In this document: positions 47,236 to 57,134 of the stretch, in pieces
How the letters are laid out: every line of letters begins with the position of its first letter
How positions within the stretch are numbered: position 1 is the first letter of the stretch
Source: a virus
Direction: 5' to 3' (one strand)
Virus record (IMG/VR): IMGVR_UViG_3300009073_000002
Length of the DNA stretch: 64,000 nucleotides
Notes under the pieces: model-generated
What the model saw: only the letters and a program-made list of their open reading frames with translations
Database searches by the model: none
Told to the model about the DNA's origin: nothing
Translations under genes and position numbers: made by a program

Positions 47236-47565
47236 TTATTGGATTTTATTTGGGTTTGCGTATTCTTTCCTTCCTTTGTGTTTGATCCACTCAGAGTCGT
47301 CTGGGTCGCCTTCAATGGTCTTTCCCTGCGCTGAGAGTTCTTCCCACTTTTTAAGTGCTCTCATAGCATCAGAATGACCTTGATAACAATATCTACCTTT
47401 ATATCCATCTAAGGATAGACCATAGACTAAGCCTACTGTAAAAGCCATTCTCCTGAGTCCTACATATCCTTTACCTAAGATGAATTTCACAAATAGATAT
47501 CCTTCATTTTCCAGGAGTAGTTCAAGTTCAATGTTTTTGGTTCTTTTTCTTGTTGTTGTTTGCAT
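47236..47565 (-). CDS. hypothetical protein
   Basis: 109-aa ORF. Confidence 0.55.
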   Translation of the reverse strand: MQTTTRKRTKNIELELLLENEGYLFVKFILGKGYVGLRRMAFTVGLVYGLSLDGYKGRYCYQGHSDAMRALKKWEELSAQGKTIEGDPDDSEWIKHKGRKEYANPNKIQ

Positions 47566-47975
47566 TAGTTTTTAATTATTAATTTATTTGATTCTATTTT
47601 CTTTAAATGACTTCCAACTGAAATCCATCCTTTTGTACGTCTCTTAACTGGGGTAACATATCCTCCTTTAAGCCAATACAATCTAGTTCCATGCAGTCTT
47701 GCATGTACTGGTATCCTTTCCCCTCGTCCGTTGTAATCTGCCATTACTTCAATTTTTTCAACTAATACTATACCTGCTGACGAATAAACAATATCACCTT
47801 TTTTGAATTGGATTTTAGAGGCTAATTTTTGCTTTAATTTTCGAATCTTATGTTCCTTTATTCGGTTTAATGCCTCTAATGTCTTTTTGTAGTCATCGTC
47901 AAAATCTCTTAATGCTTTTTCTATTGGGACTACTCTCGAATCATTTTTTATTAATCTATTCATGAATTTTTGCAT
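47565..47975 (-). CDS. hypothetical protein
   Basis: 136-aa ORF. Confidence 0.55.
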   Translation of the reverse strand: MQKFMNRLIKNDSRVVPIEKALRDFDDDYKKTLEALNRIKEHKIRKLKQKLASKIQFKKGDIVYSSAGIVLVEKIEVMADYNGRGERIPVHARLHGTRLYWLKGGYVTPVKRRTKGWISVGSHLKKIESNKLIIKN

Positions 47976-48462
47976 TAGTTTTTTGATTTATAATTTTTCT
48001 TTCTTGTCTCATTTTAATTTTAGCTTCTCTGTCACACCACTCGTTAGCGTATGATCTTTTGTTTTCTATTCCTGAATGTGCTTTGACGTGTCTAAATTCA
48101 AGCACCTGGCATTTGTTCCTTATTTTCTTGAGAATATTTATTGCTTTACCTAGATTTTTATTCTTATGCTTTTTCAATCCTTTATATGTCCAATTCATTC
48201 TACCTATCGATACTGTAGAGTCAGTATTGACAATGATATACTTTGCTTTTGCATTATTCTCTCTCATTGTTTTCAAGAGAGTGAACAGTGCATTTATTAT
48301 GCAGTATGTCTCTGCGTCGTCTGCGCTCCTTACTGTACGTTTAAAGTTTCCAGACCTATTGATATCAAACTTATTAGATTTGATTCTAAAAGCCCATCCA
48401 GATGCCTTGGTATGATGGCAAAATGAAGCATCAGTAGTAATAGTTATGCAAATTAGATACAT
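47956..48462 (-). CDS. rnh: ribonuclease H
   Basis: DEDD-type residues in ITTDAS, ETYCIINAL, VNTDS and HVKAHSG...NEWCDREAK. Confidence 0.75.
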   Translation of the reverse strand: MYLICITITTDASFCHHTKASGWAFRIKSNKFDINRSGNFKRTVRSADDAETYCIINALFTLLKTMRENNAKAKYIIVNTDSTVSIGRMNWTYKGLKKHKNKNLGKAINILKKIRNKCQVLEFRHVKAHSGIENKRSYANEWCDREAKIKMRQERKIINQKTNAKIHE

Positions 48463-48464
48463 GA

Positions 48465-48728
48465 CTACTTCTTTTTGATAAACTGGCTCAGATCGTCTAA
48501 TTTGGAGTCTTCTAGCATAATTGTACCTAACAAAGTGTCACCACTCATGATATCAAAGTAAGTGCCTATGTTTGACTTACCAATGATCCAGACTCCATTA
48601 TGTACAGCCATTTCATTACGAACTATTAATCGACATTGAAAACCTGCAAAGAATAGTTTTCCTTTGTGTAGATTTAATTCGTGATGGTACTGGACTCGAA
48701 TATCTTTAAAAATCGTTGTTTCTGACAT
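48465..48728 (-). CDS. hypothetical protein
   Basis: Preceded by AACCATTTAAAATCAATT. Confidence 0.55.
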   Translation of the reverse strand: MSETTIFKDIRVQYHHELNLHKGKLFFAGFQCRLIVRNEMAVHNGVWIIGKSNIGTYFDIMSGDTLLGTIMLEDSKLDDLSQFIKKK

Positions 48729-48864
48729 AATTGATTTTAAATGGTTAGGTAAGAGGGAGTCGACTAAACTCCCTCCTAAATGAAATTGCGACTCACCGTA
48801 TTGAAATCAAACGAATACGGTAAGCAAATATCTCCATCGTTATGGCAGATGTTACAGGACATCG

Positions 48865-49077
48865 TTATGCTCCTGCCATTATCTTTTTGTAGATTGACAA
48901 CGCAGATAGTGATCCAAACCATCCAAGGCCAAAATAGAATGAAGGAAGGTTTTCCGATGAGATAAATTGTTGACCAACTTCAAATAAAATTATAATTAAA
49001 ATTGACCAAAACAATCCAAATAATATTGTTTTCATTAGTTGTAATTTGATTATCCAAAGATATTTTCGGGTAGCCAT
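48865..49077 (-). CDS. small membrane protein
   Basis: Two TM helices. Confidence 0.5.
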   Translation of the reverse strand: MATRKYLWIIKLQLMKTILFGLFWSILIIILFEVGQQFISSENLPSFYFGLGWFGSLSALSIYKKIMAGA

Positions 49078-49183
49078 CCTCTTTGTAAAGGCATGATTTT
49101 GATTTTAAATGGTTTGGTAAAATCGGGGACAGTCTTACACTTTTGCAGACTGCCCCGACAATTCCTATTGACTTACATCTTTA

Positions 49184-50677
49184 TTAGCCATTGACATCCA
49201 TTACTGGCATAACAAGTCTAATTTCATCTTTGTCATCATTCTCAATAATGAGACATTTATTTGCTGATATGTACTGTATAGTAGATACACTATCAGTAGG
49301 ACTTAGAGTTGCAGCCATAAACTTAGCTGATACAGATAATTGGCGTACATCGTTTTTAAACTGGGATGAACAGTTAATCAGCTTAGTCGCGGACGTATTA
49401 TGGTCGATGTCGTGTGCTGTGATTCTAACTTCTGAGTCACTAATATTAAGTACTACTTGGTTAGTAGTCTTATTAGCAAAAAAGGCAGTTTGAGTTAATG
49501 CACTTTTAAAGCGGTCTGTAGCTACTTTAAAGGAATTACCCTCTTTAGCATAGTTTGTTGGTAATACTGCATCTACATTGGGAAACTTCTCATCTTTAAG
49601 TCTACATTGATAAGTTAATTGACCCTCTGTACAAAGTATGAACTTCTTACCTAATACCTTTAGAGTAAATCTTTCAGAGAAAGAAGACAGTACAGACATT
49701 AGAAGTTTCTTTGGTACAATGATATCAAAAGGATTACCAGTATAGTCTATTGTTTTTTTGATTAGAATTTGTGCATCTGTAGACTCTATCACTAATTTAC
49801 CTTTTTTAGCATATATATGGACTCCACACATAGCCGATCTCAATTCATCTTCGCTACAAAAACTAATTGACTCTGTTAGAATCTTTCTGAGTCTTGTATC
49901 AATTGTGAGTGCTGCTACTTGTTTATCTGTGCATAGATCGTGACAGTCTTCTTGTGGTTCATCCAATGGTATCTTACAGTTTACATCTTGACCACTGATT
50001 TTGAGCATTTCTCTTTGACCTTTAAGAATCTCAAACTTATGCGTACTATCACTAAATTTAGATATCTCTCTAATTCCTGCATCTACTGATACATCAAAGT
50101 CATCACAACCGATGTAAGTAGAAACGATTGCAGTTGAGTCAATATTGGTAGCCATTATTTCCAATGTACCGTTTGTGGCTTTAAATCTGAAGTCGTCTAG
50201 AGTTGATATAACTGAGTTAACAGATCTTGCAGTATTTACTTTATCGAGCATATCCGCTAAGACCTTCATTTCAAGCTTAAAACTTGCACCCTTGGTTGTA
50301 CTAGCTTTTTTCTTTTTGTTCTGTTGTACTGGCTTTACTGACTCCACAGAGTCAGTTTGAGAGTTGTCTTTTGTAGATTTCACCACATCCGCGGCAGCCC
50401 CTTTAGTTGTTGACTTCTGCTTAGATTTCTGCTTCTCTACTACTAACGATTCTACATAAGAAGAATAAGACTCTTCTGTTAGTAGTTCTTCTCCTACATT
50501 TACATAAAAAACTTTACCTCTCTCACTAAGCAAATAAGCATCTGGAAACATCTCCAATACTACTTCTTTACCAATACCTTTAGTAGATAACTTCACTCTA
50601 CCCTTAATCGGTTCTACTTTACTCTTCTGTAGTATCTTCTTACCCTCTACTACATTACTAATGTTAATTGAATTCAT
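49184..50677 (-). CDS. dnaN: DNA polymerase sliding clamp (DnaN-like) with about 130-aa N-terminal extension
   Basis: LADMLDKVNTARSVNSVISTLDDFRFKATNGTLEIMATNIDST resembles the start of DnaN domain I. About 365 aa follow it. Confidence 0.65.
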   Translation of the reverse strand: MNSINISNVVEGKKILQKSKVEPIKGRVKLSTKGIGKEVVLEMFPDAYLLSERGKVFYVNVGEELLTEESYSSYVESLVVEKQKSKQKSTTKGAAADVVKSTKDNSQTDSVESVKPVQQNKKKKASTTKGASFKLEMKVLADMLDKVNTARSVNSVISTLDDFRFKATNGTLEIMATNIDSTAIVSTYIGCDDFDVSVDAGIREISKFSDSTHKFEILKGQREMLKISGQDVNCKIPLDEPQEDCHDLCTDKQVAALTIDTRLRKILTESISFCSEDELRSAMCGVHIYAKKGKLVIESTDAQILIKKTIDYTGNPFDIIVPKKLLMSVLSSFSERFTLKVLGKKFILCTEGQLTYQCRLKDEKFPNVDAVLPTNYAKEGNSFKVATDRFKSALTQTAFFANKTTNQVVLNISDSEVRITAHDIDHNTSATKLINCSSQFKNDVRQLSVSAKFMAATLSPTDSVSTIQYISANKCLIIENDDKDEIRLVMPVMDVNG

Positions 50678-50732
50678 AACTTAAAATTTGATTTGATTTA
50701 AAATGGTTTATAATTAAAATTCCTATTCTTTA

Positions 50733-51101
50733 CTATTCTATACTAAACAGTCTCCATCGACTATATTCAGTTTCATATATAAATACTCCTATCATCTCAT
50801 TCATCTTATAGAAGTACATTATCTCTTCTGAGTGTAAATCCCTCAACACCCAGTAACTTGTATAAATGATGCCCTCAGCATCATTTTCATCTTCATACAA
50901 TTGTATTTGATTCCTTTTATTTATGATCCCTAAAAAATCATAATTGTCATTCACCACATAATCTACACCAGTTAATGAATATACATATACCTCTCCGTTC
51001 ATCTGAGCATTACACCTAACACACCAAAAACCTATTAACATCATCACTAAAAAAAATGTCAATAATCTTATCTCTTCTACCTTCTTCTCTCTATTACTCA
51101 T
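50733..51101 (-). CDS. secreted/membrane protein
   Basis: Signal peptide ending CNAQ. Confidence 0.55.
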   Translation of the reverse strand: MSNREKKVEEIRLLTFFLVMMLIGFWCVRCNAQMNGEVYVYSLTGVDYVVNDNYDFLGIINKRNQIQLYEDENDAEGIIYTSYWVLRDLHSEEIMYFYKMNEMIGVFIYETEYSRWRLFSIE

Positions 51102-51108
51102 ATCTATT

Positions 51109-51414
51109 CTATTTAATGGCTCTATCTACTAAACTTGTAAAATACATCAGCACTCCAACAATCATCGCAAATACATAACATTTCAAATACAATACATCCA
51201 CAATAACTATAATCGCATAAAACACCATCAATATCCAATTCACTCTCCTATCTCTCGGATATCTAAAATGCTTTATCCTATTCAACTCTTTCCACTCCAC
51301 ATGGTCCCTCATCTCGTCTCTCTCCTGAATACTCATCTCTCCCCTTCTCATCCCTCTCTCCGCTATCCACCTATTCTCCCAATCCCTTAAACTCTTTACT
51401 TTCTTTAATCTCAC
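51109..51414 (-). CDS. membrane protein
   Basis: Two C-terminal TM helices. Confidence 0.55.
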   Translation of the reverse strand: MRLKKVKSLRDWENRWIAERGMRRGEMSIQERDEMRDHVEWKELNRIKHFRYPRDRRVNWILMVFYAIIVIVDVLYLKCYVFAMIVGVLMYFTSLVDRAIK

Positions 51415-51439
51415 TTCCTTTTCTTTAATTTAAACTCTA

Positions 51440-51447
51440 CAAATATA
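51440..51447 (-). promoter_or_regulatory. -7 box TATATTTG (minus strand)
   Basis: 26 nt upstream of the ATG at 51414. Confidence 0.4.
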
Positions 51448-51612
51448 AATAAAATTTTTTTTGTAATACCTCCAATCTCTTATCAATCGCGGTTCTCTCA
51501 GCCGTTTTTAGCACTTTTTTAACTCTTTTAACATCAAATATTTTTGTCGACAAAGGTTGTTTTGCTCAATGTTTACGGGTGTTCAGCGATTTTTTGAGAT
51601 AAAAAATGAAGG

Positions 51613-52074
51613 TTATAAAATGTTAGTAGTTAATTTAGAATTATTAATAACATTTCTTTCTTTTTTTGATCGTGCATAGAATGAATCTAGTGTAAGATTT
51701 TTGAATTTGGCTTTAAAAAGATTTTCTAAAAATTGAGTAGATTGATAGAGGACATATTGAGTTAGATCAAGATTGACTTCACTTATGGAGTAATAGATAT
51801 GTTTGTGTTGTCGTCGAGAGTTGACGATTCCAAGTAGTTTGAGTCTATTAAGTTTCTGCGAGACGTTAGATTGTGTATCTCTAATAGTGGTGTAGATGGT
51901 AGTGACATCGATATCAGGTTTTTCCTTTAGGAGTTGAATTATTTTGTATCCAGTATTGGTAGGATTATAGATATAACCGTTTAGTTCTTTGATAATGGAT
52001 GCAGCCTTATCGTGTTTAGTGATAGGGAAAGATCGTTGTTTTTTGATTTGGTTTAGTTTTTTAGGTTTAGGCAT
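51613..52074 (-). CDS. winged-helix (ArsR-like) DNA-binding protein
   Basis: TIRDTQSNVSQKLNRLKLLGIVNSRRQHKHIYYSI. Confidence 0.45.
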   Translation of the reverse strand: MPKPKKLNQIKKQRSFPITKHDKAASIIKELNGYIYNPTNTGYKIIQLLKEKPDIDVTTIYTTIRDTQSNVSQKLNRLKLLGIVNSRRQHKHIYYSISEVNLDLTQYVLYQSTQFLENLFKAKFKNLTLDSFYARSKKERNVINNSKLTTNIL

Positions 52075-52312
52075 GAGTTTTGTTTTTAGAGGTTAGATAT
52101 TCTTTTCTAGCTTTATCAAATATGGTACTGGCGTTTGTTCCTTCGGGGTGTCTTACGGTTATGTAGTAAGAAATAGGAGTATCTAATGAGGATTCAATTA
52201 CTTGTGTTTCCTCATTGCTTTTGAAGTGCTTAATGTAGACCTTATGAGAGTGGTTGTTGAATAGTTCTAACATATTGTTAGGTGTTATTCTTCTTCTTAT
52301 AGTTGTGTGCAT
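52067..52312 (-). CDS. hypothetical protein
   Basis: Tight array. Confidence 0.5.
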   Translation of the reverse strand: MHTTIRRRITPNNMLELFNNHSHKVYIKHFKSNEETQVIESSLDTPISYYITVRHPEGTNASTIFDKARKEYLTSKNKTHA

Positions 52313-52316
52313 GGTA

Positions 52317-52622
52317 TTAAGAGTTTTGGTTGTTATGAAAAAGGATTAAGTTGTCTTCAAATGACATGTTATCAAAGTCTAATGTATTTCTTTCGTACTG
52401 GTATTTAATTAGGCTTAGTTCTGTTCCTTTGTTTATCGCGCAATGAATAAAAGCATTAACTATGTGGACGTTATAGTTCTTATGAGTAGGCTCTATTAAG
52501 TCTTCTATATTTTTGTGTCTGTATAGGCTTCTTATATTTAGAGGTATATCATTTCCTTTAAAGTAATTATTTAGGTATTTTCTTTTTACTATGTATACCA
52601 TGATATTTTCTAATGTATTCAT
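52317..52622 (-). CDS. hypothetical protein
   Basis: 101-aa ORF. Confidence 0.55.
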   Translation of the reverse strand: MNTLENIMVYIVKRKYLNNYFKGNDIPLNIRSLYRHKNIEDLIEPTHKNYNVHIVNAFIHCAINKGTELSLIKYQYERNTLDFDNMSFEDNLILFHNNQNS

Positions 52623-52691
52623 TTTTGATTTAGTTTGTAGGCTTCGCTAATATTCCTTTGGTGCTTCGCCCAGGTTAGGTGATAGTTTGAT

Positions 52692-53294
52692 TTAAGATTC
52701 TAATTCATTTGAGTAATCCCAAATAACATTGAAAGAGATAGAGCAATTTTCACATTTATGTAATGATCGTTCGTGTCCTTCTTTGGTGTTCTTCTTCCAT
52801 TTACGGAATTCAATAGAGTTAAAATGATTTCGGGGATCGTCTACTCCTTGTGTCTCCCAGTTATCACATGATGGACATTGAATTTGTATATCTGTCTTGT
52901 TACTTCTGATTGTAGTTGAGAGTCGTTTACCTTCCTTTAGTAGTTGTTTTACTTCTTCCTTTTTTTGATTGTCAATAGCTAAGTTATATTTATCAAAAAA
53001 TTCTTGTAGTTCGTCTATAATAACGTCAGGAGTTGGTAATTTAAAATCTTCTTTTAGTGTTTGACCTTCCTTGTTTTCTATTTTAACATAGAAGTTATTG
53101 CTTTGTGTTGTTGTAAATGGGATAGTAGTATCTGGACTATAAATTATTACATTAAATCCATCTATTGTATGGCTTACATTCTCACGGCCTGCATTTTCAT
53201 CATGCTTTACACTTCCTTTGATTGTAAAGTGTTGTTTTAACTTGTGGTATACCTCATTGAGGATTAATACTTGGATTGCTTTTGATAGTTTCAT
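52692..53294 (-). CDS. hypothetical protein with C-terminal zinc ribbons
   Basis: CPSCDNW...HKCENCS. Confidence 0.6.
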   Translation of the reverse strand: MKLSKAIQVLILNEVYHKLKQHFTIKGSVKHDENAGRENVSHTIDGFNVIIYSPDTTIPFTTTQSNNFYVKIENKEGQTLKEDFKLPTPDVIIDELQEFFDKYNLAIDNQKKEEVKQLLKEGKRLSTTIRSNKTDIQIQCPSCDNWETQGVDDPRNHFNSIEFRKWKKNTKEGHERSLHKCENCSISFNVIWDYSNELES

Positions 53295-53296
53295 AA

Positions 53297-53623
53297 TTAG
53301 AATAGTGTTAATTGATTTTTGATTAAAAATGGTTTGATCTTATTAATTGTGTCTTCGTGTCCGTTTCTTTTAAGGAATCTCAAAGCTTGTTTTCTGTAGT
53401 GTGCATCAGCATCATTGACCGTCGCGAAATAGTTGTCGTGGTCTACGCTAACTGATCCGCATACTCCTGAGCATACACCTTTCTCATTCACTATGAAAGA
53501 TTTTGACGAATAGATCCTGCCTTTATGCTCTATGTACTCGTATCTAAAATAGCTTTTGCCATTGTCGTAAAGAGATACTTCTGTGCATCCCTCTAGGACT
53601 ACACCATGTTCGTTTACTCTCAT
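53297..53623 (-). CDS. hypothetical protein
   Basis: 108-aa ORF. Confidence 0.55.
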   Translation of the reverse strand: MRVNEHGVVLEGCTEVSLYDNGKSYFRYEYIEHKGRIYSSKSFIVNEKGVCSGVCGSVSVDHDNYFATVNDADAHYRKQALRFLKRNGHEDTINKIKPFLIKNQLTLF

Positions 53624-53859
53624 AGTATTTGATTGATTTTTATTGATTCTAATGTGTATTTAATGCTATTTACTTGTTCTACATTGTGATGTTCAAGCAT
53701 TTTGATTGCAGTTTCTAAAGCTTCTTTATTTACTATGTTAGTCATCTTCTCTTTAAAGCATTGTAGAGCCTTATCTTTATTGCTGAATACACCCATTAGA
53801 TAAGAGGTACCATCTGAATAGATTTTTTTCATTACTGTCAAGGTTTCTAAATGTTCCAT
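53620..53859 (-). CDS. hypothetical protein
   Basis: 4-nt overlap. Confidence 0.5.
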   Translation of the reverse strand: MEHLETLTVMKKIYSDGTSYLMGVFSNKDKALQCFKEKMTNIVNKEALETAIKMLEHHNVEQVNSIKYTLESIKINQIL

Positions 53860-53861
53860 GA

Positions 53862-54101
53862 TTATAAATTTTCAGTTAGATAAAGTAATGAATCAGTATC
53901 AAATGAGCATCTAGAAAGAACAGTCTTTTTGCTTATCTTCTTAAATCTGTTCTTTGCTCTGTCGAATTCCTTAAAGCCTTTGACTTGCCTTTGCCCTAAG
54001 TTAGGAATCAGATCACTAAAATCTTGCCAAGATTGGAAGATTAAAGAGTCTTTGGTATTGTGAAATTCTACTAAGTAGATGTGTATGCCAGTGTTTAACA
54101 T
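53862..54101 (-). CDS. hypothetical protein
   Basis: 79-aa ORF. Confidence 0.5.
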   Translation of the reverse strand: MLNTGIHIYLVEFHNTKDSLIFQSWQDFSDLIPNLGQRQVKGFKEFDRAKNRFKKISKKTVLSRCSFDTDSLLYLTENL

Positions 54102-54105
54102 GATG

Positions 54106-54261
54106 TTATTTTTTAAGTGATTTAATCCAAGATTCGACCTTTCTAACTTGCTTGTTAGTAGCTACTAATTTGGCTTTATTACCTCCAATTTTTTGAAGGG
54201 ATGCGACATCCTTTAAAAGTTCGTCGCGTCTATTATTTAAAATGATGAGATCGTTTGACAT
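54106..54261 (-). CDS. small coiled-coil protein (51 aa)
   Basis: Read manually: MSNDLIILNNRRDELLKDVASLQKIGG... It fills the gap between 54101 and 54264. Confidence 0.4.
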   Translation of the reverse strand: MSNDLIILNNRRDELLKDVASLQKIGGNKAKLVATNKQVRKVESWIKSLKK

Positions 54262-54263
54262 GA

Positions 54264-54650
54264 TTAAAATGATTTAGTTGAATTTTTGATATCCTTAATA
54301 ACTAAGGGTTTTATTTCTTCTAATAACTGGATTTTGGTTTCTTCTGTTAGTATTTCGTTACCCTTGTATCTGTTTACAGAATTGCAGCAACAACAATATA
54401 TCAATTTGCCTTGTGGCATAATTTTAATGTGTGCTTTACTTCGCTTTGATTCGCTGCCCTTTACGATGTCTATTTCTAGCCTTATAAACCATCCTGACCA
54501 CTCAACCCGAAAGTCAAGACCTAACGATTTTAGATAGATGCAGACTTCGTTATATTTTATGTCTCTCTGAAAATTAGCTAATGTGATCGCTTCTTTCTTT
54601 TTGATTTCCTCAGATTTAATCTGAGTTTGTACTTGGTTATAAATATCCAT
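54264..54650 (-). CDS. hypothetical protein
   Basis: 128-aa ORF. Confidence 0.55.
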   Translation of the reverse strand: MDIYNQVQTQIKSEEIKKKEAITLANFQRDIKYNEVCIYLKSLGLDFRVEWSGWFIRLEIDIVKGSESKRSKAHIKIMPQGKLIYCCCCNSVNRYKGNEILTEETKIQLLEEIKPLVIKDIKNSTKSF

Positions 54651-54744
54651 TGATTTGTGATTTTATGATTCTAAAAATGTGAAGTTAATAATAAAATTAA
54701 TATGTCGGGCAACAACTGATTAAGAAGTTGCCCGACTAAATAGA

Positions 54745-55311
54745 TTAAGCCTTTTTAAACGCTTCTGCATCTTCTTTGATCCATCCAATATGCTTAAAGA
54801 GAGGAATCCAATGTTGATTGTAAAAATTATATCCTGCACCTGCTATGAATAGGTAGTTTTCTCCACTCTCGTGATGCTCTATTACTCCAATTCCCATTCT
54901 GTATAAATCATCAGTATCGCAGTACTCCGAATCAGTCCAAAGGTCACTACATCTCCAAATCGTATTCCACATAGGATACCATTCTCTTTCGTCTCTCCAT
55001 TCTTCAAATTCTGACTTCTCAGATACCCACTCAACAAAATCTTCATCCTCTATTGCTGCGTCAATATTTACTGCGTCAAAATCCTCGTCCATTTCTTCCT
55101 CGTAGTCTTGAAGTAATGTTTCGAAGTCCATTCTGTCAAACTCTCTGACTAACTCAGAATTTGAAGGCTGTATTATATCCCAATCTTCGGGATAATTGCC
55201 AAGAGTCTCAAAGTGACTTAACGCGTTAAATTCTCTGTTGAAATAATACTCAGCTTGTGATTTTGCTGAATTAAGATTAATTGTAATTGGCTTTACTTTA
55301 GATTGATTCAT
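54745..55311 (-). CDS. acidic hypothetical protein
   Basis: 188 aa, D/E/W-rich. Confidence 0.6.
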   Translation of the reverse strand: MNQSKVKPITINLNSAKSQAEYYFNREFNALSHFETLGNYPEDWDIIQPSNSELVREFDRMDFETLLQDYEEEMDEDFDAVNIDAAIEDEDFVEWVSEKSEFEEWRDEREWYPMWNTIWRCSDLWTDSEYCDTDDLYRMGIGVIEHHESGENYLFIAGAGYNFYNQHWIPLFKHIGWIKEDAEAFKKA

Positions 55312-55347
55312 AACTTTAATAATTTGATTTGATTTAAATGGTTTGAT

Positions 55348-55662
55348 TTAAAATGTTTGATTTATCCAATAGCGCATGATCGGTTGCTTTTTGTTTTGGA
55401 CTGTCCAATAAATTGTAAGAATATTATCTTTTATTTCGTATTCATCAGACTTTGGGTAATGCATCCAACTATCAATCGTTTTACCCTCTCTTTCTACTTT
55501 ACGTGTAAATGCATTCGTTTGAATGATCCCTATTTTTGCGCTCTCTAAAGTGACCCAATTTCCATTAATAAACCTTTGCGCCTCAATGAATGCGGAATCT
55601 TTTAAAACTCTCTTAAATTGTGCCAATGATTTGAATACTTTCTTTTCGATAACTCTGTTCAT
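55348..55662 (-). CDS. hypothetical protein
   Basis: Preceded by AAACCATTTTAAATCAAATTATC. Confidence 0.55.
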   Translation of the reverse strand: MNRVIEKKVFKSLAQFKRVLKDSAFIEAQRFINGNWVTLESAKIGIIQTNAFTRKVEREGKTIDSWMHYPKSDEYEIKDNILTIYWTVQNKKQPIMRYWINQTF

Positions 55663-55802
55663 GATAATTTGATTTAAAATGGTTTAAAAAAAGTGAGTCG
55701 GTCAAAGGTTATATAAATTTCTCAGGTCTATTCTAACAGTACACGACCGACCCACAATACAAATGTAATATAAATTCTACAATTAATATGACATTAAAGG
55801 TT

Positions 55803-56114
55803 TTATTCTTCCAATTTGCGAAGAATTAATTTCAATACTTGTTCCTTGTCTAGATTCCATATTCTAAAACGTCTACTTCCTAATTTGGTCGCGCCTGCTC
55901 TTCTCTGGAGTTGCACCCTTGTAACTGTAGGCATTTCAAATACTTTTGCCTTTACGGTTTTTTCTGCTCCTACTGACTCAATAATAAACCTTTGGAGTGC
56001 TTCCAAGTCGGCACTATCAATAGTGATACTTTTACTCGTTTTCTTTCCAATTGATTCGGTTGATAAGATTACGGTTATACATTCTATTCCGTTCCTTTCC
56101 TTCTTTAACTTCAT
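55803..56114 (-). CDS. hypothetical protein
   Basis: 103-aa ORF. Confidence 0.55.
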   Translation of the reverse strand: MKLKKERNGIECITVILSTESIGKKTSKSITIDSADLEALQRFIIESVGAEKTVKAKVFEMPTVTRVQLQRRAGATKLGSRRFRIWNLDKEQVLKLILRKLEE

Positions 56115-56162
56115 AATAATTTTATTTTTTTGATTTTTAATAACTGGTTTGATCCTTGGATT

Positions 56163-56393
56163 TTATCCAAAAATGAAATTTACTTTTCTAAGATTCTTCA
56201 TTGAATTCTGTAGGAACATAAGACTCTGATATGTCTTTTGTAGTTCATCCTGAGAGACTTCTTCGTCTCTAATTATTGATTTTTGAGTCATCAATATATC
56301 TAGATACTTATCAAATGTCTTATCACAGTCATGCGTGTAAAAATCATTTAATAGCGTGTGAATTGCTCGTAGTACTTGGTCTTGTGTCTTCAT
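56163..56393 (-). CDS. hypothetical protein
   Basis: 76-aa ORF. Confidence 0.5.
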   Translation of the reverse strand: MKTQDQVLRAIHTLLNDFYTHDCDKTFDKYLDILMTQKSIIRDEEVSQDELQKTYQSLMFLQNSMKNLRKVNFIFG

Positions 56394-56396
56394 GGT

Positions 56397-56621
56397 TTAA
56401 AAATGATTTTTGATTAAGAATTTATTTAATGCGCTTAACATTTGAACCCTCGCAGCTAGTGGCGAAAGTACATTATATGGGTCTACATCTTTGACAAAAT
56501 AATTCCAAATCTCTTGGAAGTCTTCGCCTGAAGACTTAACATAGTTGTTCAATCTGTTTACACAACTTTTATTGTAGTCTGATAAGTTGTCAATGATGTG
56601 CTGCAAGTGGTTATCTAACAT
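56397..56621 (-). CDS. hypothetical protein
   Basis: 74-aa ORF. Confidence 0.5.
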   Translation of the reverse strand: MLDNHLQHIIDNLSDYNKSCVNRLNNYVKSSGEDFQEIWNYFVKDVDPYNVLSPLAARVQMLSALNKFLIKNHF

Positions 56622-56692
56622 GGTAATTTTTCATTTAATGGTGTGAAAATTGGCGAACGTCTTAGTCTGGTGAAGGTCGCCTAAATGATTAT

Positions 56693-57010
56693 CTACAATT
56701 CTTTAGCATAAGATAAAAACAACTCCATCTCATGCTCTTTATCTTCTTCAGATAGACTATTCCAGTCATTAATTGATTCGGCTAAAACTTCTGTTATACT
56801 TTCATCTCCATCATAAACAATAGGATAGCCTCCGCTATTTGTCACATTTATGTACGAAATAAAAACATTCGATGTAGACCAGTAATCTAATAGGTAAACT
56901 TTTAATTGATTTCTTTTAGTCCTCAATTGAGAAACTGTAAAGTAAGTATTTTCTAAAATAGCTTCAATAAATTGTGCCGTCGTTGGTTTGTTTATTTGAT
57001 AAAAGTCCAT
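56693..57010 (-). CDS. hypothetical protein
   Basis: Preceded by AACCATTTATATCAAAATC. Confidence 0.55.
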   Translation of the reverse strand: MDFYQINKPTTAQFIEAILENTYFTVSQLRTKRNQLKVYLLDYWSTSNVFISYINVTNSGGYPIVYDGDESITEVLAESINDWNSLSEEDKEHEMELFLSYAKEL

Positions 57011-57134
57011 AACTTAAATTTTGATTTTGATATAAATGGTTAAACAATAATTCAAAGGTAATACAATTATTTGAATTATTCAAGTATTGGAATAAATAGG
57101 GATTAATATTTTTACTTATCACTATCAATTCATT

